DNA from: an uncultured bacterium | GTDB taxonomy: Bacteria; Zixibacteria; MSB-5A5; UBA10806 | Length of the DNA stretch: 64,000 nucleotides | Assembly (NCBI GenBank): GCA_965541585.1 | Contig: CBEUCH010000004.1 | Span: 96,001 to 160,000 of the forward strand | Direction: 5' to 3' | Shown here: positions 21,030 through 30,948 of the stretch, piece by piece | How the letters are laid out: each line of letters begins with the position of its first letter | Numbering within the stretch: position 1 is the first letter of the stretch | Translations under genes and position numbers: made by a program | The notes under the pieces: model-generated | Told to the model about the DNA's origin: nothing | What the model saw: only the letters and a program-made list of their open reading frames with translations | Database searches by the model: none

Positions 21030-24000
21030 TTATTTTATCGGCCAGCCACCATGTTTGTCGATTGTTTTATCTATTGCAGCCATGATGCGGATGGTTTCTG
21101 ATAAAGCTGAAACTATGTTTTGATAGTGCTTAATATCGTCGTACGACAATTTTCGCCCTTTGCGATCTTTCAACCACTTCCGGCAAACCTGATAACCGCC
21201 TATATGGAAACCCCAAACTTCAAGCGGGACATTTACGAAATATTGTTCGTTGTTTATCCATACTCGCCCTTTATCGGCACCCTGGCCAGGTTCAGTGTAT
21301 CGAACTTTTTCTACCTGATGCTCGCCTTTAATCGGATATGATGTCATTTCAGGCCCATAGTTTTCAATGAGGTGCAACCCAACCAATTGACCCCCTAATT
21401 TGCAAAGAGCACGAAACAGGGCCGGTTTTGAAGTCGGCGGCAAACGAGGAAAATCTATCTTCAAGAATTCCGCGTATCTTTTTCTGTATGTTGGCGAATG
21501 AAAAACCGCATAAATATAATTAAATACGTCCTCAGGGCCAAAAGTCTTTTTCAAATCGCCTTTACCATCTTGAACAAATTTCATTTTTATTTTCTTTGAT
21601 AATTCACCAGTAAATTCCGGCGCAAGATTCGGCTTGCGGCCCCCTAGAGAATCGTCTTGCGTATCTGAAATAAATAAATCATTCTTTGAAGGATCGGGAT
21701 ATATGTATAGTGGAAAGATATATGATTGCGTTGTCCGTTCGCCGCATTTTGCCTCTGTAATTCTATTTGTGCAAAAAAAATGGTTGGCTTCTGTCGATTT
21801 ATTAGATCTTGCTGAAATTAGGGCTATATTTTTAGCGCCTAGTATATGCCGCATTACTTTAAGCCTACGACGAGTAACTAGTATTTTATCATACAATACA
21901 TATCTGTTATCAAATGGTCTGAAAAGAAGTTCCTTTATATTGATGTTCGCCAATTCAAGATCTTTGGCGATTCTCCTTGACTCCTCAATCTTAAATTGGA
22001 TTGCTTTTTCGTCATTCCCTGTAACGATTCCTACCGATTTCACTTTTAGTATTCTATTAATCTGCAAGTATATTCTAAACTCATCTTCAAGCCTATCATC
22101 TTTCGCAGTAAATGTATAGAAAGGCGTTTTGGGATTAATGATGTTAAATGCGTCGATTGCTGTATTATTTTCAAAAAGCCAAAAATATTTACCGCCGATA
22201 AGTATCTTATCAGTATTAGAGTTTTCAGCAAATTTCTCCCGAACACCCCATAGATCAGCCTTTTTAACTGAACATTTATTTTGATCCGCTGATAGCTTTT
22301 TTACATAAATGGCTATAGCAACGCCTTGCTTTATATCAAAAACATTTTCGTCTTTCGTCCCATCGGGGCATTTTTCTTTCTTCTGGGCATTTCCATGTAG
22401 ATCCAAAATATAAGCATCATCAAAGGTTCTCATTAAGCTCTGCCGCATACCCCTGAAAGTAGGATTGTCAAGATATCCATGATTTGTGATAAAAGCTAAA
22501 ATACCATAACCAGTCTGCTCTATTCGCCATTGAGCGAATCTTATAAATTTGACATAATCGTCTTGAAGCCATTTTGGGTTTTTCTCTTCAATCCAATCAC
22601 CATCGCAAATAAAATAATCTTTTATAAGTCTCCCGATAAATGTAGGATGTATTCTGTTCCTTAAGTTCCTTTTCGCTATTTTAGTTATTGGGATCGCGTA
22701 GGAAGCATTCTTTATGCCCCAATCATCTATATACTTTTCTCCCTTAGTGATTTCCTTTGAGATATAACTCATGTTCATTGAATGTTTTTTATATGGCGGG
22801 TTACCTAAAATAACCATTACGGGAGCTTCGCTCTTAATCTTACCCGCTTCGTTCGCCTCTTCGGCAATCCAATTAGCAAAAGGCAAATGACCCGCCTCGA
22901 ACGATTCTTCAAGTGTGTTAGTTAAATAAATCCGCAAACGTTCTTTTGCTTTAAAATCATATCCCAATTCTTTCAACTGCAGGTCTAATTTCATATGCGC
23001 AACGGCATAGGGGGCAATCAATAATTCGAACCCAAAAAGACGAGGGAGCAAATGTTCGGAAACATAGCTGCACCAGATACCGCTTTGACCTTTATCTACA
23101 ATATGTTCGTGTATGTGGTCTATAACCCCATGCAAAAAGGTGCCGGTGCCGACAGCGGGATCTAGAATAAGAACCCTATGGCATTCCCCTTTTTTAATCT
23201 TTTTCTTTATACCGTTATGGTCTTTTTTGTTTTCGTAAATAGGAATTTTGGATGTGTCCGCCAGACCGTCTTTTAAGCCAAAATCTTTCTTGAGAATATG
23301 ATCAACGCTTCTAACAATAAAAGACACAACCGGCTCAGGCGTATAATAAACGCCTCTGGACACCCTCATATTAGGGTTATAAGCGGCGAGGAAAGATTCA
23401 TAAAAATGAACGACTGGATCTTCTCTCCGTGTTCTTTTGCCGAAATCCCTGACAATTGCCTCAATATCGGCTTTATCCAATATTCTAGCCAGGTCATCAA
23501 CCGCCCAGGTAATTCTATTGTCTAACTCCGGCCCGGCAATGTGCCCAAACATCTTTCTCAGAAATGGATTTGTTTTAGGTAATTCAAAGGTAGCTTTTTC
23601 TCTGGTAAAAGGCTCTTTTCCTTTGTGATTACATACCGCGGCGAACAATCCGTAGCATATCGTCTGCGCATACATATCCGCGAATTGGTCTCCGGAAAGA
23701 TCATGGATCAAGACCTTTTTAAAACCTTCCATTTGCTCGCGAAGATTCCCCCCCTTGTCATCGTCGCTCAACGCTTTCAAAATAATATCATGAATTAACT
23801 GAGCAATAGAGGCCATCTTTTTGGCTAGGGCGATGGGGCTATCAACAGAAACTGTTTCTGTTTCTAAAAACGCCGAAATTAGCTTAAAAAATTCGTCGCC
23901 TTTTTCTTTTTCAAACCTGATTTTACCGCTATCCGTCTCTTGGGCTATCCGAACCACCAGCCTTTTTTCGCCGTTATAGAACCACCTGAATTCGAGATAA

Positions 24001-24332
24001 TCGGTGAAAATAAGATTCGATAAACTGCCGAGATACCGCTTAAGCTGTTTGCCATCGGCAGTTTTTGGATTGGCTTTTTTCGCGTCCGCTTCTATTGCCT
24101 GTAATGATTTTCCTATATCCTTTGTCTCAATATATCCTAGCGGCACAATCCCTTTAGTAATAATAAAATCAGGCGCCCCGCATTTTATTCTCTTAGGCTC
24201 GTTGGTTGCCGTAATATCATCACCTAGAGCCTCAATAAGTTTTTCCAGCGTGGATCTATAAGTGTGTTCAGAGGCATCGCCCCTTGCCAACTTCGTTGCA
24301 ATAGATTTCAGGTAAGTTCTTATGACATCCAT
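21030..24332 (-). CDS. Single-chain restriction-modification enzyme (Type IIG/ISP-like: PD-ExK nuclease, N6-adenine MTase, TRD; no helicase)
   Basis: GAPDF..GYIETK; GVYYTP; ILDPAVGTGTF; GNPPY; LQDDYVKF; C-terminal YIYAVFHSPTYR..DFPR..IGGYQV..WLKDRK. AT-rich relative to its flanks. Confidence 0.88.
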   Translation of the reverse strand: MDVIRTYLKSIATKLARGDASEHTYRSTLEKLIEALGDDITATNEPKRIKCGAPDFIITKGIVPLGYIETKDIGKSLQAIEADAKKANPKTADGKQLKRYLGSLSNLIFTDYLEFRWFYNGEKRLVVRIAQETDSGKIRFEKEKGDEFFKLISAFLETETVSVDSPIALAKKMASIAQLIHDIILKALSDDDKGGNLREQMEGFKKVLIHDLSGDQFADMYAQTICYGLFAAVCNHKGKEPFTREKATFELPKTNPFLRKMFGHIAGPELDNRITWAVDDLARILDKADIEAIVRDFGKRTRREDPVVHFYESFLAAYNPNMRVSRGVYYTPEPVVSFIVRSVDHILKKDFGLKDGLADTSKIPIYENKKDHNGIKKKIKKGECHRVLILDPAVGTGTFLHGVIDHIHEHIVDKGQSGIWCSYVSEHLLPRLFGFELLIAPYAVAHMKLDLQLKELGYDFKAKERLRIYLTNTLEESFEAGHLPFANWIAEEANEAGKIKSEAPVMVILGNPPYKKHSMNMSYISKEITKGEKYIDDWGIKNASYAIPITKIAKRNLRNRIHPTFIGRLIKDYFICDGDWIEEKNPKWLQDDYVKFIRFAQWRIEQTGYGILAFITNHGYLDNPTFRGMRQSLMRTFDDAYILDLHGNAQKKEKCPDGTKDENVFDIKQGVAIAIYVKKLSADQNKCSVKKADLWGVREKFAENSNTDKILIGGKYFWLFENNTAIDAFNIINPKTPFYTFTAKDDRLEDEFRIYLQINRILKVKSVGIVTGNDEKAIQFKIEESRRIAKDLELANINIKELLFRPFDNRYVLYDKILVTRRRLKVMRHILGAKNIALISARSNKSTEANHFFCTNRITEAKCGERTTQSYIFPLYIYPDPSKNDLFISDTQDDSLGGRKPNLAPEFTGELSKKIKMKFVQDGKGDLKKTFGPEDVFNYIYAVFHSPTYRKRYAEFLKIDFPRLPPTSKPALFRALCKLGGQLVGLHLIENYGPEMTSYPIKGEHQVEKVRYTEPGQGADKGRVWINNEQYFVNVPLEVWGFHIGGYQVCRKWLKDRKGRKLSYDDIKHYQNIVSALSETIRIMAAIDKTIDKHGGWPIK

Positions 24333-24344
24333 AATTATAATAGC

Positions 24345-24373
24345 ATCATAAGCTTTAGAAGCTAAAAGTTCAA
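24345..24373 (-). promoter_or_regulatory. Putative sigma70 promoter of the RM gene
   Basis: TTGAAC-17nt-TATGAT, 12 nt before ATG. Confidence 0.5.
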
Positions 24374-24400
24374 GCTATATTTATGCTTCGCCTATTCCCA

Positions 24401-24429
24401 TTGACGTCCCCAATTTCATCCGCTATCTT
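24401..24429 (+). promoter_or_regulatory. Putative sigma70 promoter of cobB
   Basis: TTGACG-17nt-TATCTT, 9 nt before ATG. Confidence 0.6.
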
Positions 24430-24438
24430 TCAATTCGC

Positions 24439-25185
24439 ATGGAGATCGAATTCTCAGAGAAGTTTTTGCGGGTTCTAAAGGATGCCAGATCGGTGGCCGT
24501 CTCCACCGGCGCGGGGGTCTCCGCCGAATCGGGAGTGCCGACATTCCGTGGCGAGGACGGCCTCTGGAAGAAATTCCGGGCTGAGGAGCTGGCGACCTTC
24601 GACGCTTTCCAGGCCAATCCCGACCTGGTCTGGGAGTGGTATCAATACCGGCGGGAGATAATAAATAAAATCAAACCGAACCCCGGCCATCATGCCATCG
24701 CCGAACTGAAAAACCTCTTCGATAACTTCCAGCTTATTACACAGAACGTTGACGGTCTCCATCGGGCCGCCGGTTCTGAGGATATCATAGAGCTTCACGG
24801 TAATATCAAGCGCAACCGCTGCTTGGAATGTGGCGAAATCAACTACGACGAGGAGTTCGATCAGTTTCCGCCTCTATGTAATTGCGGCGGACGGCTTCGC
24901 CCGGATGTCGTCTGGTTCGGCGAACTTCTGCCGGCGGGCGCGCTGGAAAAGGCATACGACGCCGCAAAAAACTGCGACCTGTTTTTCACCGTGGGAACCT
25001 CGGGAGTTGTTCAGCCGGCGGCGTCATTGCCTCCCACTGCCAGACAGCACGGCGCTTTCGTGGTGGAAATAAATATCGAAGCTACCGAGCTGACTTTCAT
25101 AGTCGATCAGCACTTTCGCGGTAAATCGGGGGAGGTTTTACCAGCCATAGTCAATAAAATCAAAGAATTGAGGGGTCTGAAATGA
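24439..25185 (+). CDS. cobB: NAD-dependent protein deacylase (sirtuin, CobB class III)
   Basis: GAGVSAESGVPTFR, WYQYRR (YxxR), TQNVDGLH, HG, CxxC..CxC, RPDVVWFGE, GTSG. Confidence 0.9.
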   Translation: MEIEFSEKFLRVLKDARSVAVSTGAGVSAESGVPTFRGEDGLWKKFRAEELATFDAFQANPDLVWEWYQYRREIINKIKPNPGHHAIAELKNLFDNFQLITQNVDGLHRAAGSEDIIELHGNIKRNRCLECGEINYDEEFDQFPPLCNCGGRLRPDVVWFGELLPAGALEKAYDAAKNCDLFFTVGTSGVVQPAASLPPTARQHGAFVVEINIEATELTFIVDQHFRGKSGEVLPAIVNKIKELRGLK

Positions 25186-25928
25186 ATCCGGATATATTAA
25201 AAAAACTCTCGCATCTGCCAGATAAGAGCCGGGATACGGTGGCGACCTTTGCAGATAAGATCGCAAAGGCCTTTGGAGAGCAGTTATATTCCATGATATT
25301 ATTCGGCTCGGCCGCCGGGCATGACTATATCGAGGCCAAATCCGATATCAACACCATGATAATCCTGACCTCGGTGCGTGTGGCGGACCTGGAGATAATT
25401 ATGGAGATTGGCCAGAAACATGCACGCAAGGGGTTGGCCGTTCCGTTGGTGTTTGAGAAGGGCCACGTTGTATCATCGCTCGATACGTTTCCCATTGAGT
25501 TTTCCGATATGAAACAGCGGCATATATTGCTTTATGGTGAAGACCCACTCGAAAAGGCCACCATAGAGAAAAAGAACCTTCGCTACCAGTGCGAGAGAGA
25601 GTTAAAATCGATTCTGGTTAACCTGCGGCGCGGTTTTCTGAGAACCGAAGCTAAACGAGAGCATATCGAGAATCTCCTGGAGGATTCGTTATCGTCGGTG
25701 CTGGCAGCCTGCCGCGGGATGATCTGGATGGCGGACAAGATCCCCCATAACGATGCCTCCGAACTGTTAGGCGATATCCGCAGCATATACAATTGCGATA
25801 CCACAGCTATCGACCGTGTCTGGCGTCTGCGCAAGGGGCAATCCGGCGCCACCGCCATGCTGGAGGCTCTATTCGAGGATTACATTGTCAATATCGCAGA
25901 TCTGGCGACGGTGGTGGATAAGCATTGA
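25182..25928 (+). CDS. Nucleotidyltransferase-fold protein
   Basis: ILFGSAA..SDIN; FPIEF.DMK..H.LLYGED; ATGA overlap with cobB. Confidence 0.7.
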   Translation: MNPDILKKLSHLPDKSRDTVATFADKIAKAFGEQLYSMILFGSAAGHDYIEAKSDINTMIILTSVRVADLEIIMEIGQKHARKGLAVPLVFEKGHVVSSLDTFPIEFSDMKQRHILLYGEDPLEKATIEKKNLRYQCERELKSILVNLRRGFLRTEAKREHIENLLEDSLSSVLAACRGMIWMADKIPHNDASELLGDIRSIYNCDTTAIDRVWRLRKGQSGATAMLEALFEDYIVNIADLATVVDKH

Positions 25929-25948
25929 GAGAGTAGGTCGGGTTCCGA

Positions 25949-26324
25949 AGGTTTTTTGTAGGTCGGCATTTTAATGCCGACACCGGGATGCGGGCAATAA
26001 ATTACCCGCCTACAGATTTTGTCATGCCGTACTTGTCCGAACGGATCCGTAGGAATCCGGCATCCATTCTTGCCTGAAATATAGATTCTTTCCCTTCGGG
26101 AATCTTCTATTACGCAGTATTTGTAGGTCAAGACCCCTGCGGTCTTGACTACCTGTTGTCAAATCCCAGAGGATTTGACCTACCATCGCTAAAGATACTT
26201 AACAAGCAATATCAGATACCGCCTGCGAAGGATGTGTATCTGGACGAGATTAGAATATAGGTTTTTTGTAGGTCGGCATTTTAATGCCGACACCCTGGAT
26301 GCGGGCAATAAATTACCCGCCTAC
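25949..26324. repeat. Cluster of GTAG-type REP-like palindromes (BIME-like)
   Basis: The unit GTAG-GTCGGCATTTTAATGCCGAC..GCGGGCAATAAATTACCCGC-CTAC occurs at 25958-26013 and 26268-26324. A second family GTAG-GTCAAGACC..GGTCTTGAC..GTCAAATCC..GGATTTGAC-CTAC lies at 26123-26183, and GTCATGCCG..CGGCATCCA at 26021-26066. Confidence 0.85.
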
Positions 26325-26378
26325 TTTCCTGTTAGGTGCGTCTTTACGAATTACATATAAGTATGTATATTTGGTAAT

Positions 26379-27293
26379 ATGAAAGTACTTTCCCCCGAAT
26401 CCAAGATCTCCCTCCTCGAAGAGCGCACGCCCGGCGCCCTCGAGCTTTTGAAAAGCTGCACGGTCTGCCCGCGAAACTGCGAGATCGATCGCATTCAGGG
26501 CGAGACCAGCCATTGCGGTGTCGATGCCCGGTTAAAGGTGTCATCGATTAACCTTCATTTCGGCGAGGAGCCGCCCGTATCCGGCGTCCACGGCTCGGGG
26601 ACGATATTTCTTTCCGGATGCAACCTAAAATGCGTCTACTGCCAGAACTACCCCATCAGCCAGCTTCGTCACGGTGAATATGTTACAACAGAACAGTTGG
26701 CCGACGGTATGCTGGAGCTGGAGAAAGGCGGCGCGCATAATATCAATTTCGTGACGCCCACCCATTATGTGCCGCAGCTTATGGAGGCGATGCTTCTGGC
26801 CTACAAGCGCGGGCTGACTTTGCCGATAGTCTATAATTCATCCGGCTATGATAAGGTCGAAACGTTGAAACTGCTCGATGGCATAGTCGAGATATATATG
26901 CCGGATATGCGCTATTCCAGCGAGGAATCGGCGCAATGCTACTCCAGCGCCGATAATTATCCCGAAATCAACCGGGCTGCTATCAGTGAGATGGATCGGC
27001 AGGTCGGGGATCTCATTCTCGACGATCACGGTGTCGCCGTGCAGGGCCTTCTGGTGCGACATCTGGTATTGCCGCATGGCATATCCGGATCGGAGGCGAT
27101 CTTTAGGTTCCTGGCGGAAAAAATCTCTAAGAATACTTACGTTTCTTTAATGAGCCAGTATTTTCCGGCCCATAAGGCGACATCGCTGGAAAAGCTGAAC
27201 CGTCGGTTACTTAGGGACGAGTACAGGACAGTGCTTGAGGCCTTCGACCGGGCCGGGCTCCATAGCGGCTATGCCCAGCCGTCTCCCCGGTGA
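26379..27293 (+). CDS. Radical SAM protein, PflX-like
   Basis: CTVCPRNC, HFGEEPP.SG..GSGTIF, CNLKCVYCQN, NINFVTPTH, VRHLVLP. Confidence 0.88.
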   Translation: MKVLSPESKISLLEERTPGALELLKSCTVCPRNCEIDRIQGETSHCGVDARLKVSSINLHFGEEPPVSGVHGSGTIFLSGCNLKCVYCQNYPISQLRHGEYVTTEQLADGMLELEKGGAHNINFVTPTHYVPQLMEAMLLAYKRGLTLPIVYNSSGYDKVETLKLLDGIVEIYMPDMRYSSEESAQCYSSADNYPEINRAAISEMDRQVGDLILDDHGVAVQGLLVRHLVLPHGISGSEAIFRFLAEKISKNTYVSLMSQYFPAHKATSLEKLNRRLLRDEYRTVLEAFDRAGLHSGYAQPSPR

Positions 27294-27332
27294 TTCATAT
27301 CTATAATCGAAAACCGTATTGAAATTATTAGA

Positions 27333-28328
27333 TCACAATTCCAGGTGCGGAATCGCATTCAGGTCCAGATCGCTGGTTTCACCCTTCTCCAGATGAAAGG
27401 CGCCGCAGGCGGCTATCATGGCGCCGTTATCGGTGCAGAGCTCCGGGCCGGGGAAGAAGATCTTTAGATTTCGTGATTTTCGCTCCTCAAAGATATCCCT
27501 GAGTCTCTTATTTCGGGCGACTCCACCGCTAACTGAAATCCGATCGATCCCCAGCTTATCGGCGGCTTTTATGGCCTTTATGGCCAGTATTTCAACGATC
27601 GCCTCCTGAAACGATGCCGCCAGATCGGCGAGATGTTGCCGAATAAACTCGGGATTTTTTTCCCGCAGATATACCGAAACGGCAGTTTTCAATCCCGAGA
27701 AAGAAAACTCGAAGCTCTCTTTTCCCATACGGGCCCGGGGGAAATGAACGAATGCTCTGTCCCCGGATGCGGCGGCACTTTCGATTGCAGGACCTCCCGG
27801 GTACCCCAGACCGAGGAGTTTGGCGACTTTATCGAACGCTTCGCCGGGCGCATCGTCCCTAGTTGCCCCCAAGAGCTTATACCGGCCCCAATCCTCCACC
27901 AGGAATAGACTGGAATGGCCTCCCGATGCCACCAGAGCTATATGCGGTGTTCGCAGATCTTTATGATCCAATTTCCCGGCAAATATATGACCCTCCAGGT
28001 GATTGACCCCGAAGAACGGTATTCCTCTGGCGAGGTGAACCGATTTGACAAATGACAGTCCAACCAGAAGGCAGCCCACGAGGCCCGGACCATGAGTAAC
28101 CGCCAGCCCGTCGATATCCGCAAGCGTCACGCCAGCCTTAGCGAGCGCCTTATCGGTGATCCCCACCAACTCGGTTATGTGAATCCGGGAAGCGATCTCC
28201 GGCACCACGCCGCCGTATATCTCATGGATCTCCTGCGATAGAATAATATTGGAGAGAATCTCCCTGCCGTCTTTGACAATCCCGACCGAGGTCTCGTCGC
28301 AGGAGGTTTCAACCCCAAGCACCAGCAT
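27333..28328 (-). CDS. tsaD: tRNA N6-threonylcarbamoyladenosine transferase TsaD
   Basis: ETSCDET, GGVVPEIASR.H, HLEGH, SGGH, GEAFDK, FSFSGLKT, TDNGAM. Confidence 0.96.
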   Translation of the reverse strand: MLVLGVETSCDETSVGIVKDGREILSNIILSQEIHEIYGGVVPEIASRIHITELVGITDKALAKAGVTLADIDGLAVTHGPGLVGCLLVGLSFVKSVHLARGIPFFGVNHLEGHIFAGKLDHKDLRTPHIALVASGGHSSLFLVEDWGRYKLLGATRDDAPGEAFDKVAKLLGLGYPGGPAIESAAASGDRAFVHFPRARMGKESFEFSFSGLKTAVSVYLREKNPEFIRQHLADLAASFQEAIVEILAIKAIKAADKLGIDRISVSGGVARNKRLRDIFEERKSRNLKIFFPGPELCTDNGAMIAACGAFHLEKGETSDLDLNAIPHLEL

Positions 28329-28335
28329 TATGGTT

Positions 28336-28734
28336 TTAAGTTTTTTCGACTATGGAAATTCTATATCGGTCAAACCTTGAGAAGGATATATTTCTGAAGG
28401 CTGAGGTATCGATTGGACGAATATCTATCATGTTAAAATTATCCTCATAAACGCCAGGCCCATTAATACCGCTGAGATCTACTAAAATCTTCAAATCGTC
28501 GGAAAAGGCCAGTCTCAGAAGCTGTTTACCGGTTCCGGTTATAGCGATTTCAGCAGATTCTGGTTTGATCCCATCGATTCGGAGATTTTCCGCCAAGCCG
28601 GTAACCTCGATTTCTACGGTGAAGTTTTTCTCGTAGATCTTTTCGGTAGCCAGGTGAAGCCACAGGATCACAGCCATGACCAGGCCGCCGATTTTCCAGC
28701 CTATGTTTTTTGTGAATATCGTTCTTAGTCCCAC
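28336..28734 (-). CDS. YbbR/CdaR-like membrane-anchored protein
   Basis: N-terminal KNIGWK plus a TM helix, followed by a beta-rich YbbR-like domain. Confidence 0.55.
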   Translation of the reverse strand: MGLRTIFTKNIGWKIGGLVMAVILWLHLATEKIYEKNFTVEIEVTGLAENLRIDGIKPESAEIAITGTGKQLLRLAFSDDLKILVDLSGINGPGVYEDNFNMIDIRPIDTSAFRNISFSRFDRYRISIVEKT

Positions 28735-28736
28735 GG

Positions 28737-28925
28737 CTACTTATCGGAATGTTTAATTATTTTCCCCATGGAAACTTCACCGTTGTCAATCCTGATGTTA
28801 AAGCCGCATTCCGGATTGGTGCAAACCCAGGCCTTATACCTGATCTCCGAACCCTCCCGCCCGTAATCCGAGAGCGGCAACAGCACTCCCTTGGAACACT
28901 TCAGACATTCTGGAAACCTGTCCAC
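28737..28925 (-). CDS. Small zinc-ribbon protein
   Basis: GGAGG SD then GTG (alternative ATG at 28937); CLKC...CTNPEC. Confidence 0.7.
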   Translation of the reverse strand: MDRFPECLKCSKGVLLPLSDYGREGSEIRYKAWVCTNPECGFNIRIDNGEVSMGKIIKHSDK

Positions 28926-28955
28926 ATCAACCTCCATTGGCTTCGTTATATACTA

Positions 28956-28984
28956 AGATTAAGCAAACATCGGTTTCCTGTCAA
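28956..28984 (-). promoter_or_regulatory. Putative sigma70 promoter
   Basis: TTGACA-17nt-TAATCT. Confidence 0.6.
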
Positions 28985-29207
28985 TTAGGAATTACCCTCA
29001 AAGGCATAAATTCCAGCCCCCCGATATCCCGTTATTTCCTTGATTTATCTACTAGTGCGACGACCGGAACGACGGCAGACACCCTCTACCACAGCCCGAG
29101 AGGTCTTTTCGAGGTGTAAAAAGACCCATATTTCAGGGGAATCGATAATTCTGGGAAGGGCCACGCCCGATCGATCGTCATGAGTCTGATGGCAGATCTA
29201 TAATCTA

Positions 29208-30044
29208 TTATATTAAAAACATCGCAGCCACTACCGCCGCCGCGAACAGGGTGCCTATGAAATTCACCATATCGTTGTTTACAATCCGCCAGCCGCTGAT
29301 ATGATTCGTCGGCGCTCCGCAGTGTTGTTTTTTCTCGGTGATCCGCTCGCAGGCTTTGCATCGGTACATGGCCTGGATCGATCCCCCCATTATGGAATCG
29401 AGAATCGCACCGGCCAAACCGGCGTTGACTGCAGCCAGCCAGAATTTGAATTGATACTGCTGCAATCCGAATTCCACTGCCATGACGCTGTAGCCGGAAA
29501 GCATGGTTGCCAGAGATCCGGCAACGGCGGCTAGCGTGCCTATGACGGTCACTCCGCCGGAACGCCCCGGCTCTACCCTCTTGAGCGTCGTGATCGATAC
29601 TGGATACGTTTTCGAGAGAGTCCCCAGTTCGGTCGCCCAGGTGTCGGAGGTCGCCTCGCAGAGAGCCGCCAGATATGGAAAGAACCAGATGAATTTACCC
29701 GTTATAAAATACAATATCACGCAGATTGCTCCCACTCCACCGTTAGCCAGAACCTGCCAGATATCACGTGGCCCGGTCTTGTCGAAAGTGATCATGGCCT
29801 GCCGTTTGGACGGTGTTATTATCAATGATATCAGGCTCGACGATATGAAAAAGAAAACCAGCGGCACTGCGAAAATCAAGCCGCCGAGGCCAAATACAAT
29901 TGTCCCGACAATAATCATTCCAACCGCTCCGGACCGGGATAGAGCATTAAATCTATAGGATCCGTATGCCAGGAAGAAAGCGGTCAGAAAACCTATAATC
30001 ATCTGCATAAGATCTAGACGCTCAATGACCAGCTCGGCAGGCAT
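29208..30044 (-). CDS. DUF92/TMEM19 family membrane protein
   Basis: RDIWQVLANGG, DTWATELG, GRSGGVT, DSIMG, NNDMVN. Confidence 0.85.
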   Translation of the reverse strand: MPAELVIERLDLMQMIIGFLTAFFLAYGSYRFNALSRSGAVGMIIVGTIVFGLGGLIFAVPLVFFFISSSLISLIITPSKRQAMITFDKTGPRDIWQVLANGGVGAICVILYFITGKFIWFFPYLAALCEATSDTWATELGTLSKTYPVSITTLKRVEPGRSGGVTVIGTLAAVAGSLATMLSGYSVMAVEFGLQQYQFKFWLAAVNAGLAGAILDSIMGGSIQAMYRCKACERITEKKQHCGAPTNHISGWRIVNNDMVNFIGTLFAAAVVAAMFLI

Positions 30045-30103
30045 GGATAGATTATATGATCGGAATTACATCATGCGAAAGTCAAAAATCGAGCTTCAAT
30101 AAT

Positions 30104-30835
30104 CTATCGATTATTCGGCTGCGTATCAAATTTCAGGGGCAACTCGCCGATCCGGAAATTTTCAGTCTTGATTCCATTGGATATGTTCCGCAGGCCGGTG
30201 ATCCTCAAAGCGGTATCGAACAGGAATTCCCCAAAATCATCGGGCGCCGACTCCAGATCCGGTTTTTTCGCACCGGAGACTTCGCCTTTTAACCACGATT
30301 CCACTTCTCTGAAATTCGAGAGGGTCATGATCTTTATAGAGAGTTTTCCCACGAGATAAAAGCTTCCCGAAGTATCATCCAGAGGAATTGACACACGACT
30401 GGTGGTGGTGACCAGATCAAGAACCTCACGGTTTCTGGAAAGAATATGCTCTATCGTCAGATCGGGTCTTATTTGCACGACCGTATAATTCTTTTCCCAG
30501 GTATCGTAGCGGACCCTGAATGTTAGCTCTCTGTCCGCAATATGCTCGTCGAACCACCCCCGCCTGGTTCTCCAGACTTCGACTTCGTATTCGAATGCAG
30601 CGGGCACACCCTTGTTTATATATTCAATAAGTCGAGCCGGCAGGGAATCTACGACGGCCAGATCAGTAAGAATCAAACCCTGGTTATATTCCAGGTATCG
30701 AAATTCAATACCACTACTTCGCGTAGACGTGGTTGCGACTATGGAAAACAATAAGGCCGGATATATCGGTCGGACGAGGATTGTTAAGAGATTCCTTGAA
30801 GGCTCGGAATTCTTATTAAGCGATCTATTCTTCAC
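30104..30835 (-). CDS. DUF4390-like exported protein
   Basis: INKGVP..F.YEVE..R.R..WFD...RVRYD.WEK.Y pattern. Confidence 0.6.
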   Translation of the reverse strand: MKNRSLNKNSEPSRNLLTILVRPIYPALLFSIVATTSTRSSGIEFRYLEYNQGLILTDLAVVDSLPARLIEYINKGVPAAFEYEVEVWRTRRGWFDEHIADRELTFRVRYDTWEKNYTVVQIRPDLTIEHILSRNREVLDLVTTTSRVSIPLDDTSGSFYLVGKLSIKIMTLSNFREVESWLKGEVSGAKKPDLESAPDDFGEFLFDTALRITGLRNISNGIKTENFRIGELPLKFDTQPNNR

Positions 30836-30948
30836 AAATTATTTATAATTGCCGGTCTCCATTTTTGCAACCAATTCCCGTTTGATCAGACGGAAACGCT
30901 GCGGGCCTCACCGGTTCTGTGACGGCAGGAAATCCGGACATCCCCATT

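Noticed and set aside
21030..25928. RM + SIR2 + nucleotidyltransferase as an anti-phage defence island
   Set aside because: The sirtuin is a canonical Zn-binding CobB deacylase rather than a ThsA/DSR-type NADase. It has host-like GC and is divergent from the RM gene. The NTase shows no CD-NTase features or effector neighbour.
25949..26324. CRISPR array
   Set aside because: There are only two copies of the repeat, 310 bp apart, with no regular spacers and no cas genes.
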